Shown here piece by piece: positions 26,752 to 34,003 of a stretch of DNA of 47,894 nt. The stretch is from IMG/VR virus record IMGVR_UViG_3300031234_000013, one strand, 5' to 3'. The stretch is from a virus. Position 1 is the stretch's first letter. Each line of letters begins with the position of its first letter. A model generated the notes under the pieces. The model did not search any database and was not told where the DNA came from. It worked only from the letters and a program-made list of their open reading frames with translations. The position numbers were made by a program, and so were the translations under genes.

Positions 26752-28869
26752 TCACTGACCTGCTGCTGCTTGAGGAGTTGATGCTGCACTTGGTGGGCCT
26801 CCTTGTTGAGCCTGTTGTTGTTGTCCTTGCTGTTGTAACTGAGCATGTGCAAGGTTCATTTCGTTATTATGCATAATACCATCTGATTGAAGACTTGCCA
26901 TATCGCTCATAGAATCAATCTGCTTGCTTAGAATAGCTAATTGTAATGAATGCTGCTGGTATAATCCATCGTCCTGTACAGCCTGTGCTTGAGCCATTTC
27001 CATAAGAGATCTCGCACGTAATTCAAGAACTTGAGCGTGAGTTTGAAAGAATTTAGTCTTAGCTTCGAATTGACGAATACTTAGTTCTTCTGCCTTTAAT
27101 TTCTTATCTTCAGCCCAACTTTGAATCTCAGCTTGAATTTTAACCATGTTTGGATCTGGTTTATTCATTTCTTGAGGTGTCAACATTATACTTTCTGCTG
27201 ATACGTGTAGTTCTGAATTATCAATAATCATTTTAGTAATAGCTATAGGGTTAGCACCTTTTAACTGAGATATACCAATAAGAAGTTGATTCTTCTGTCC
27301 ACGTTGAAATTCTGATGATAGGTTAGGGTCAGCTACAGGCATTATAGATATTTTCTTCATGTCAAAATCGTTACGATTTACAACATTAGGCTGATCAATT
27401 ACATGATAATACTTAGTTTCGTCTAAAAACTCACCATTTAGAATAAATATCTTTTTAAATTCTGCAGTTAATGATCTGTATATTCTTCTCTGAATAGATG
27501 TGAATATCTTTAAACCTTGAGCTTGTAGTGCCTGAACGGCTCCCGTTTTGGCGTTATCTGCACTTGTTCCCCCAGTCATAACTTCAGTAGACGAACTTAG
27601 ATCTTTACCAGTCTGAATCAATAAACCTAATAGCTTAAACAAAGTCTCAGAAGGTTCTTTATACATATGTGGTATCATACCCTCTTTAAGGGTAACACCA
27701 GCCATTGCTTTTACTGTCTTCCACTCACCAGGATCGTGGTCTGTATCTCCACTTCCCATGTTCTTTAAACGAGAATCTTTATATCCACCTTGAAGGTTTG
27801 ATAGTTGTCCAGAGTCTATGAGCATGTTTAACAAAGAGTTAATACTCTGGTTTAAATGCATCATTAATATTCCAAAACCTACAGATTGGAACTTTCCTTT
27901 TGGCGATACTAGGAAGTGATAATCAGTAAACGATTGTGTAGGTTCAATGTAAAGAAGTTTTACACCTTTAGTTATTAGGCTGTCTTTACTATATCTAGGA
28001 ACAATGCGTAATACTTTACCGTTTTCTTTAAGAATTGTTACAATGTAAGGTTCTGCGTAGTTATCATCGTCCAGATCTAAAAATGTGTGTTGTTCAATTA
28101 CTTCAATAGGTTTATCGAAGTGGTCATTTTCTAGGGATACAATAAGCTCATCAATAGGTTGTTTAGTGAATAATTCAGCATTCTGATGCTCAATAAGCTC
28201 ATTTAAACTGAAGTGTAATACATGACTAATACGTCTAGCATCTTGTAATGACTTAGCATTAGAGTTAATTATTAGGTCTTTAGGTTCACATAATTCTGAT
28301 TTAATAACACGTCTTATTGGATCATAGTATGTCTTACGGCATAAGAATCCAATTAGCGGTAATAAGTTCAATAACTTATCTAATTCCATTTCCCAGTCTT
28401 CTTGTTCAAATAGAAGCTGGTAGTTCATATAAGTAGTGGTACGTTCTGCAAGATCTTGTGCATCCTTAGTGAAACTTAACCCTATTACGTTTCCTTTAAC
28501 AACCTTGCCGTCTTTAATAATCTCAGGGTATGTGCGTGAGCTGAACTCATAGCATGCTTTTGTAATTAGTGGATATTTAACATTAGAAGAATTTGGTAGT
28601 GGTTGATTTTTCTGTATTGACTTAAGAGTAGTAAGAGCTTCAACTTTCTTAATATCGTCTAACCATTCTGAACAAGATTTAAGGTCTTCTTCAAACCCAG
28701 ACAATACTCTTTTTCCTATTTTATCTATATAGTTTTTATGAGATTCGCCTTTATATGACAAATCTGCTTGATCTACCAAGTTATCTAGTTTAGCATACTC
28801 TTTAAGTAATGCTAATTTAGATTTAGCTTCACTTTTAGTTTCTACTTCTAGTTCTTTTAAATCAGACAT
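26752..28869 (-). CDS. Portal protein candidate (Q-rich C-terminus)
   Basis: 705 aa, immediately downstream of and overlap-coupled to the large terminase. Confidence 0.75.
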   Translation of the reverse strand: MSDLKELEVETKSEAKSKLALLKEYAKLDNLVDQADLSYKGESHKNYIDKIGKRVLSGFEEDLKSCSEWLDDIKKVEALTTLKSIQKNQPLPNSSNVKYPLITKACYEFSSRTYPEIIKDGKVVKGNVIGLSFTKDAQDLAERTTTYMNYQLLFEQEDWEMELDKLLNLLPLIGFLCRKTYYDPIRRVIKSELCEPKDLIINSNAKSLQDARRISHVLHFSLNELIEHQNAELFTKQPIDELIVSLENDHFDKPIEVIEQHTFLDLDDDNYAEPYIVTILKENGKVLRIVPRYSKDSLITKGVKLLYIEPTQSFTDYHFLVSPKGKFQSVGFGILMMHLNQSINSLLNMLIDSGQLSNLQGGYKDSRLKNMGSGDTDHDPGEWKTVKAMAGVTLKEGMIPHMYKEPSETLFKLLGLLIQTGKDLSSSTEVMTGGTSADNAKTGAVQALQAQGLKIFTSIQRRIYRSLTAEFKKIFILNGEFLDETKYYHVIDQPNVVNRNDFDMKKISIMPVADPNLSSEFQRGQKNQLLIGISQLKGANPIAITKMIIDNSELHVSAESIMLTPQEMNKPDPNMVKIQAEIQSWAEDKKLKAEELSIRQFEAKTKFFQTHAQVLELRARSLMEMAQAQAVQDDGLYQQHSLQLAILSKQIDSMSDMASLQSDGIMHNNEMNLAHAQLQQQGQQQQAQQGGPPSAASTPQAAAGQ

Positions 28870-30374
28870 TATTCTTCAATTCCGTAGCCAGTAGAGTCTC
28901 TATTTTGCGAATACCGTTGTCTTACCGGTTTATTGTATTGTTCTTCTTCTTCATATGTCTTAGCTACTGATAGCCCACATAACATTAAGTATCTAGTGCA
29001 GTCCATCAAGTGATTATGCTTTAAAACTATAGCTCCTTTATCATTACGTCTATACATCCTGTATTCATACAACCAGTTACGTAATGTGCTAAATATCTTT
29101 AAGCGGCCAGTAGAAAGCCTGCTGTATACTTCTTGCAGTCCGATTTCAACTGATCCTGCTCCTGACGGAGTAGCCAGTGTGAGATTAAGGCCAAGTCGTT
29201 CATATGCTTCGAGAAAGGATTCTGAATCAACACCTTTGCCGTTTTTAGATCCATGAGGGTCAGCAATTCCATCAATCCACTGTCCTCTTGCCTTAATTGA
29301 TGCAGCGTGTATTTCTGCTTCAGCCTGTCCAGCATACATTTCACTATAGCAGTACCACGTGTCGCTTTCGATGTCATACGCACCCCATAATGCTGCTGTC
29401 TTATTCCAACCAGGGTCAAATGAGTAAGCCCTTGGCCAGTAGTCTGGTATTTTGAAAGGGTCACATACAAGGTTTGATTCGCTTATAGGGAATATTGCGC
29501 CGCTTCCTAGATATGGAGTACCTTTAGTTTTAACATCCCTCATGTGCAAAGGTATTGTAGCTAATAGGTTTTTCTTACGTTCTTCAGATAGATGTGGTAC
29601 ATCATTCCAACCTACCATTACTATAAATCTTGGTGCACCATCTTCAGGTTTTTCCATGAAGTGTAGCACTGTATCTGTTAGACCACTATCTGGTGTGAAC
29701 GTCAAATAAACAGTTCCGCCTGTAGTAAGTACACGCATCTGTACTTCTACGTATATATCTAATGGAACTTCTTCATCTAGCATTGCTACATCAACTTCTG
29801 CTGATTCAAACGCGTTCTTGCCAGCATTGTATGTCTTAACAATAATCTTGCTTGTACGTCCTGTAGGTATGTGCTTGATATAATATATACCAATACCTCC
29901 TGGAGTTCCTTGGAGACTAGACGTGTCTACAATACAATCTTTAGGTATCATACCGGTACCTTGTTCTGTACGCCCCATAAGTAGACGTTGCATACCGTCT
30001 CTTATAGTGTCTCCTCTATCACCAACTAACCAGCATTGCACTGGCCTATTGAACTTCTTACCTTTCCACCACTTAGGGTAAACTCCAATGCAGTGCCTGA
30101 CCATCTCATATAAACCGCACATAGTCTTTCCGGTACGGTTGCCTGCTATGAAAGCTCTTTCAGTGTACGTTGAACCAGCGTTAATGAACTCAATGTGCTT
30201 AGGGTAATTATCTCTAGAAGTGTCTTTTAAACATCCTTCAAGTAATTCACCTTTATCAGGGAATATTGTATCTATGTAATTGAACTTAATACGATTAGCT
30301 AACTCTTCCTTAAGTACATATAACTGTTCTTTCTCTTCTCTTGATAGATTATCTATATTCATTTTATAAAACAT
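28869..30374 (-). CDS. terL: Terminase large subunit (alternative start ATG 30362, giving an ATGA overlap with the upstream ORF)
   Basis: Walker A AGNRTGKT, Walker B VAMLDEE, C-terminal nuclease-like region. Confidence 0.9.
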   Translation of the reverse strand: MFYKMNIDNLSREEKEQLYVLKEELANRIKFNYIDTIFPDKGELLEGCLKDTSRDNYPKHIEFINAGSTYTERAFIAGNRTGKTMCGLYEMVRHCIGVYPKWWKGKKFNRPVQCWLVGDRGDTIRDGMQRLLMGRTEQGTGMIPKDCIVDTSSLQGTPGGIGIYYIKHIPTGRTSKIIVKTYNAGKNAFESAEVDVAMLDEEVPLDIYVEVQMRVLTTGGTVYLTFTPDSGLTDTVLHFMEKPEDGAPRFIVMVGWNDVPHLSEERKKNLLATIPLHMRDVKTKGTPYLGSGAIFPISESNLVCDPFKIPDYWPRAYSFDPGWNKTAALWGAYDIESDTWYCYSEMYAGQAEAEIHAASIKARGQWIDGIADPHGSKNGKGVDSESFLEAYERLGLNLTLATPSGAGSVEIGLQEVYSRLSTGRLKIFSTLRNWLYEYRMYRRNDKGAIVLKHNHLMDCTRYLMLCGLSVAKTYEEEEQYNKPVRQRYSQNRDSTGYGIEE

Positions 30375-30541
30375 TCTTCTAGAGTTTTATCTATTTTTAA
30401 CGTTCTATAAGTATCATTTTTTGAATCTAGTAGAAAATAGTCTAAATTATGTAAAATTTTACATTTTGGTATAAATGTTTTTGGTTGTCCTTCATAACCT
30501 ATAGCATAATAATCTATATACTCAAATACTGATAAAATCAT
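30359..30541 (-). CDS. Hypothetical protein (60 aa) between terS and terL
   Basis: ORF track entry, overlap-coupled. Confidence 0.4.
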   Translation of the reverse strand: MILSVFEYIDYYAIGYEGQPKTFIPKCKILHNLDYFLLDSKNDTYRTLKIDKTLEECFIK

Positions 30542-30963
30542 TACTCACCACTAAGTTTATTTGATTGATTATTAGCTTTATCCATCATTTCTTTCAATTT
30601 ATCATTGATTTCTGTATCTGACATTGCTTTAACAAGTGAGCTGAAGTCTACTTTATGAGTATCTACTTCTGAATAATCGTCTTTATACCTTACTTTCATA
30701 GTTTGAAGGTATGTAGGGCCATTAAACCCTTTGTACATGCCTCTCATGCCTTTAAACCCTATATCTTCCATATGCGCCTGTGCATACGTCTGAGCAAGGT
30801 CAAATGCTTCAATAAACCCAGGTTTTGAACTGTCGGTAGACCAACGAAGTAATGTTTTCCTACTAACACCTAACTCTGCAGCCATTTGAATTATTGACAT
30901 TCCTAACTTGCCACATTCAATGATTCTACGATTAGTATCTCTTTTATATTCAATTTCGTACAT
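30541..30963 (-). CDS. terS: Terminase small subunit candidate (N-terminal HTH)
   Basis: MSIIQMAAELGVSRKTLLRWS helix-turn-helix. Position upstream of terL. Confidence 0.7.
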   Translation of the reverse strand: MYEIEYKRDTNRRIIECGKLGMSIIQMAAELGVSRKTLLRWSTDSSKPGFIEAFDLAQTYAQAHMEDIGFKGMRGMYKGFNGPTYLQTMKVRYKDDYSEVDTHKVDFSSLVKAMSDTEINDKLKEMMDKANNQSNKLSGE

Positions 30964-31457
30964 TAATTGCTATCATCCGCTGCTAAGTTATTAGAATTTA
31001 CGTGTTCAACAGTCTTAGCAGTCATGTAAATGCCAAGTATTGACCCTAGGAAGAAAAGTGTTGCAGAATCAAGAGAAGCCAATAAGCCACCATTGATAAT
31101 AGATTGTTTAATATTAAAGAATTCAGCGAAACCAAAATGAGTTAAAACTATTATACATATTCCCCAGCACAGGAAAGGACGCCATCCGTGTTGAAAAAAG
31201 CTTTGTGATTCGTCTTCTTTTGTATTTTCATTAACTTGAGCTAAAAGAAGTTCTACTCCAGCCTTAATTTCTGCTAACTTTTCAGATTCTAGATTTCCGA
31301 ATACTGATTGAATAGCTCCCATTACACCGCCAGAATCTGCTGATGCTCCTAATAGGCTTGATACAATTGATGATTTTGATGCAGATGTGAACATAGGGCC
31401 GATTACTTTTTCAAGTAGTTCGAATAGACCAGGTATGATTAGAAGTATTGAACCCAT
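30963..31457 (-). CDS. Holin-like membrane protein (resembles the 3-TM gene-transfer-release holin family). Start set at ATG 31457
   Basis: GWRPFLCWGICIIVL motif and TM segments. The TTG start at 31523 is rejected because a terminator hairpin lies inside that extension. Confidence 0.55.
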   Translation of the reverse strand: MGSILLIIPGLFELLEKVIGPMFTSASKSSIVSSLLGASADSGGVMGAIQSVFGNLESEKLAEIKAGVELLLAQVNENTKEDESQSFFQHGWRPFLCWGICIIVLTHFGFAEFFNIKQSIINGGLLASLDSATLFFLGSILGIYMTAKTVEHVNSNNLAADDSN

Positions 31458-31486
31458 GGCAGTGTATGCTCTTATTATTTTTAGGC

Positions 31487-31520
31487 AAGCAAAAAAGCCA
31501 CCTGTAATAAGTGTGGCTTT
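31487..31520 (-). terminator. Intrinsic terminator between the late promoter and the first late gene
   Basis: Minus strand reads AAAGCCAC-acttattacag-GTGGCTTT followed by TTTGCTTG. The stem is 31494-31501 / 31513-31520. Confidence 0.6.
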
Positions 31521-31560
31521 CAATCAGAATCGCAGCAGGTGATTCGTTGACTGTAAATAC

Positions 31561-31589
31561 ACTATAACACAGTTTAATATATTTGTCAA
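31561..31589 (-). promoter_or_regulatory. Sigma70-type late-arm promoter (TTGACA-N17-TATAGT with TGT extended -10)
   Basis: Minus strand reads TTGACAaatatattaaactgtgtTATAGT. Predicted start site near 31554. Confidence 0.6.
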
Positions 31590-31600
31590 CACTTATTTTT

Positions 31601-31688
31601 ACTGTTTTAACGGTAATTACTTAACTTATTGATTACTTTTGTATTATATTTTATAAATAATATTACAATTAACTGTTATAGCGGTAAT
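31601..31688. repeat. Two copies of a 17-mer, ACTGTTNTANCGGTAAT (31601-31617 and 31672-31688), upstream of the late promoter
   Basis: 15/17 identity, 71-bp spacing, in an AT-rich non-coding stretch. Confidence 0.6.
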
Positions 31689-31693
31689 AAGGG

Positions 31694-31769
31694 CATGCCG
31701 TGGTACGCCTACTCAACTTTAACGACCTGACTGTTGTAATTACGTTCGGCCTAAACTGGCGTGGCATGC
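31694..31769 (-). other. Long GC-clamped imperfect hairpin directly after the zinc-ribbon ORF stop
   Basis: GCATGCC/GGCATGC (7 bp) plus ACGCC/GGCGT (5 bp) enclose ~45 nt. No U-tract. Confidence 0.5.
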
Positions 31770-31958
31770 TTAACTGTTTTTACACGGAGTTGAAGAGTTC
31801 TTAACAAATCCTCTAGTAGCTCCTAAATACTTTGTCATAACACCTTGACAATTTGAACATAATTGATCATTTTCTTCAGAATCGTGTACAAAACGTTCTT
31901 CTATATGTGCGTCAAGGCAACACTTTGATTCACATTGATATTCAAAATATTTATACAT
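31770..31958 (-). CDS. FmdB-type zinc-ribbon protein (62 aa)
   Basis: The MYKYFEYQC..(33 aa)..CSNCQG..GFVKN pattern matches the FmdB-family regulatory zinc ribbon. Confidence 0.6.
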   Translation of the reverse strand: MYKYFEYQCESKCCLDAHIEERFVHDSEENDQLCSNCQGVMTKYLGATRGFVKNSSTPCKNS

Positions 31959-31961
31959 TAC

Positions 31962-32250
31962 AGTCTCTTATTTATAAAAACACTGGCCGCCTTACTGTGA
32001 CGCTTTCGACATAGTCTACAGGCATGTCAGGGAGCTGGCGGCTCTATTTACTGCTATCGAGATGCAAACTTCGATTTTCATACCATTAGCTTTGTAAGCA
32101 GGTTTAATGTTTCGGCACTATTGCCAGTCACCTTCTGTGCGCCAGAGGGGGCGGCGGGTTTGTGAGATCCCATCAACTCATCAGATACGAAGCCTCCTTT
32201 AGGCACATCATTAAGTCCATAATGGGGGTAAATGGGGACTTTGTATGATT
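31962..32250 (-). ncRNA. GC-rich structured leader or candidate non-coding RNA upstream of the zinc-ribbon ORF
   Basis: About 290 nt between a good promoter and the ORF with no credible ATG-initiated CDS. Locally far more GC than the flanks, with several stems (GCCGCC/GGCGGC, TGACAT/ATGTCG, GGCA/TGCC). Confidence 0.35.
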
Positions 32251-32255
32251 TTATC

Positions 32256-32284
32256 AATATATCACAAATAAGACTAAATGTCAA
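32256..32284 (-). promoter_or_regulatory. Sigma70-type promoter (TTGACA-N17-TATATT) reading leftward
   Basis: Minus strand reads TTGACAtttagtcttatttgtgaTATATT. Back-to-back with P1. Confidence 0.55.
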
Positions 32285-32312
32285 GAACTTTCTAACATTT
32301 ATATTAAAACAC

Positions 32313-32341
32313 TTGACTTTTAACAAAAAATAGTGTACAAT
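32313..32341 (+). promoter_or_regulatory. P1: sigma70-type promoter TTGACT-N17-TACAAT reading rightward into repeat array 1
   Basis: TTGACTtttaacaaaaaatagtgTACAAT. Paralogous to P2. Confidence 0.65.
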
Positions 32342-32365
32342 ACACTTAGTCGACTGGGTTACTAT

Positions 32366-32445
32366 TACTAATAACTATATTACTAATAACTATATTACTA
32401 ATAACTATATTACTAATAACTATATTATTATATATTATTATATAT
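32366..32445 (+). repeat. Tandem repeat array 1: four perfect 15-mers (TACTAATAACTATAT) followed by two 10-mers (TATTATATAT)
   Basis: Units at 32366, 32381, 32396 and 32411, then 32426-32445. Confidence 0.95.
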
Positions 32446-32564
32446 TAAACTATCACTAGTAGTAATATATAATGGGTATTTAGATGTATTACTTCTATAC
32501 ATATATAAGTACTTAACATTTAGTACATATATCTTATAATATTGGTTATATCTATATGATGGTT

Positions 32565-32765
32565 TCATATAATAACCTTATATTCTCTTAGCTTATATCT
32601 TAACTTAGATCTAGATATACCTAATAACTTAGATGCAAGTGTCTGATTATGTTTAGTATAGTCCATTGCCTCTAATATTAACTCCCGCTCAACCCTACTG
32701 AGTGTCAATGTTAAGTTAAGATGATTAGCATTTGTTAATGTCTCTCTTTCTTTAGCTGTAGTCAT
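32565..32765 (-). CDS. Fis/NtrC-type HTH (HTH_8) DNA-binding protein (66 aa)
   Basis: RVERELILEAMDYTKHNQTLASKLLGISRSKLRYKLREYKV matches the Fis-family C-terminal HTH. Confidence 0.75.
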   Translation of the reverse strand: MTTAKERETLTNANHLNLTLTLSRVERELILEAMDYTKHNQTLASKLLGISRSKLRYKLREYKVII

Positions 32766-32781
32766 GTTGTTATCCTATTGT

Positions 32782-33048
32782 TTATATTAAGTATTGACTA
32801 TCTTGTTTCTCACAAGTTATTGATATTACTTCATCCATGGGTTCTTCAATTTCAACAACACGTCCATTCTGTGAACATTTGAACCTTATTAATTTAAAAG
32901 TAATATTTAAACCTCTAGTGGCTTCTGGACTTATATTCCAGCAATTACGTACTGTATGTAACACTGGCACTCGTAAAGTTAACACAGCCTTAAAGTAATT
33001 GTAGTTCAATTTACACAAAAGTTTAAAGATTTGAAACTTAGTTCTCAT
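32782..33048 (-). CDS. Hypothetical protein (88 aa from ATG 33048; alternative starts 33081 and 33165)
   Basis: The chosen ATG overlaps the stop of the upstream 57-aa ORF (ATGAGAACTAA). Confidence 0.45.
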   Translation of the reverse strand: MRTKFQIFKLLCKLNYNYFKAVLTLRVPVLHTVRNCWNISPEATRGLNITFKLIRFKCSQNGRVVEIEEPMDEVISITCEKQDSQYLI

Positions 33049-33211
33049 ATATCTTCTCCATGATACCGCTGTCAGCTCCATAGAGGCACCTTCCTGCTCT
33101 TTTTTCCGGCTTAGTAGTACTGGTGGAAGGGTTGCGTGCAGATAACGCCTCCAGAGCGTCCGCAATTCGTTTGAGCTGTGTTACTATTTCATATTCTGCT
33201 GTTGTACTCAT
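33038..33211 (-). CDS. 57-aa protein
   Basis: ATGA overlap with the stop of 33208..33447. Read manually, below the track cutoff. Confidence 0.45.
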   Translation of the reverse strand: MSTTAEYEIVTQLKRIADALEALSARNPSTSTTKPEKRAGRCLYGADSGIMEKIYEN

Positions 33212-33447
33212 AGTGTATTACCCCTTGTCCCATATTGTTCCTCTAAATCACCCATATCATTACCCCACTCATGTTCCTCATGGCTGTGATTATCTTCACA
33301 ACCCTGAGAACAGAAGTACAGTGTATCCCCATAGTCTCTATCAAGCTCTACAACCCATTTACTGGTGAACTTACCGCACCAGTCACAGTTCTTTGCTGGA
33401 ACCTCACCTTGGTCTGACAATTCGCTTATACGTGATCTACTGTTCAT
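33208..33447 (-). CDS. Zinc-ribbon protein (79 aa, acidic His-rich C-terminus)
   Basis: CDWCGK..(20 aa)..FCSQGC. First gene after the leftward promoter. Confidence 0.6.
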   Translation of the reverse strand: MNSRSRISELSDQGEVPAKNCDWCGKFTSKWVVELDRDYGDTLYFCSQGCEDNHSHEEHEWGNDMGDLEEQYGTRGNTL

Positions 33448-33481
33448 TGTGTTTACCCCACTGTTGTTAGTACATAGACCA

Positions 33482-33509
33482 ATTATAACACAGAGTAAAT
33501 ATTACGCAA
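33482..33509 (-). promoter_or_regulatory. Sigma70-type promoter (TTGCGT-N16-TGTTATAAT, extended -10) for the leftward regulatory operon
   Basis: Minus strand reads TTGCGTaatatttactctgtgtTATAAT. Confidence 0.6.
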
Positions 33510-33571
33510 TAGTTTGTGACAAATATTTTGTAAATTTTTCAGTTTGACTTTTAGTCATTTGAAAATACTAC

Positions 33572-33599
33572 GGAATCTCAGAAAAAGACCTGAGATTCC
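33572..33599. other. Perfect 10-bp inverted repeat with an 8-nt loop (GGAATCTCAG..CTGAGATTCC)
   Basis: Read directly. No adjacent U-tract on either strand. Confidence 0.7.
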
Positions 33600-33668
33600 T
33601 ATAAAATTGAGTACTTTTTACTCTACTTTCTTAAAAATTGGTCAATATAGTGCCAAGTACCTACGCGC

Positions 33669-33978
33669 CAGTCACCAAAGTCACTGTATATACTCCCCCT
33701 GGGTGGGTAGGTATGTAATACATTACTGTCATGGACTTAAGATGATTATGTTATATATGTTATATATAATACATACATACAATCAACGCTTTATGAACTG
33801 GTTATTGTGTATGTTATATGATATATCAATACAATCATACTGTTGTGACAGTAGTACCTGTGTGCATGGAGGCCATTTTTATTATAAATGCAGTGAGTGC
33901 TGTGACTGTATGGTTACAGCAGTCACGATGGTCACTGTGTATCACATATGGTCGGATCATGGTCACTGTAATCACGAT
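33669..33978. repeat. Cluster of GTCACTGT-type motifs (33680, 33931, 33962; variants at 33902 and 33920), including ATGGTCACTGTnnATCAC twice
   Basis: Read directly. The non-coding region is rich in inverted repeats (GTGACTG..CAGTCAC at 33902-33926). Confidence 0.7.
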
Positions 33979-33990
33979 AGTATCAGTATC

Positions 33991-34003
33991 CCGGAAATTC
34001 CGG
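33991..34003. other. 13-bp perfect palindrome CCGGAAATTCCGG
   Basis: Read directly. About 105 bp upstream of the P2 -35 element. Confidence 0.7.

Noticed and set aside
31458-31523. N-terminal extension of the holin-like ORF from TTG 31523
   Set aside because: The extension contains the terminator hairpin and U-tract and has no SD. ATG 31457 gives a protein that starts at the first TM segment.
31694-31769. tRNA-sized (76 nt) GC-rich element with a 7-bp terminal stem
   Set aside because: Neither strand has a T-loop (TTCRANY) or D-arm, and no cloverleaf can be drawn. The inner pairing extends the same hairpin instead.
32109-32184. Hammerhead-ribozyme-like core on the minus strand (CTGATGAG at 32177-32184 and CGAAAC at 32109-32114, next to a GGCA-atag-TGCC hairpin)
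   Set aside because: Stem II cannot be paired between the two core elements. The small hairpin is not adjacent to CUGAUGA, and stem III with the cleavage-site context fails after the first base pair. One chance 8-mer of this kind is expected in ~96 kb of two-strand sequence.
32078-32326. 82-aa minus-strand ORF over the GC-rich island
   Set aside because: Its TTG start lies upstream of the predicted transcription start and inside the divergent promoter pair, with no SD. The first in-frame ATG leaves only 31 aa. The region is treated as leader or ncRNA.
32366-32445. CRISPR-like array (also considered for 34171-34365)
   Set aside because: The repeats are contiguous 10-17-mers with no unique spacers. 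The units are far shorter than CRISPR repeats, and no cas genes are present.
32565-33447. Lysogeny module (Fis-type HTH as excisionase or repressor)
   Set aside because: There is no integrase, no CI/Cro-like pair and no attachment-site-like repeat. The HTH alone does not support a temperate lifestyle.
33679-33920. LexA-box-like CTGT..ACAG elements (ACTGTATATAC, CTGTatggttACAG, ACTGTtgtgACAG)
   Set aside because: The spacers are 4-6 nt rather than the 8 nt of the CTGT-N8-ACAG box, and one is only a half-site. They are better explained as part of the GTCACTGT motif family.
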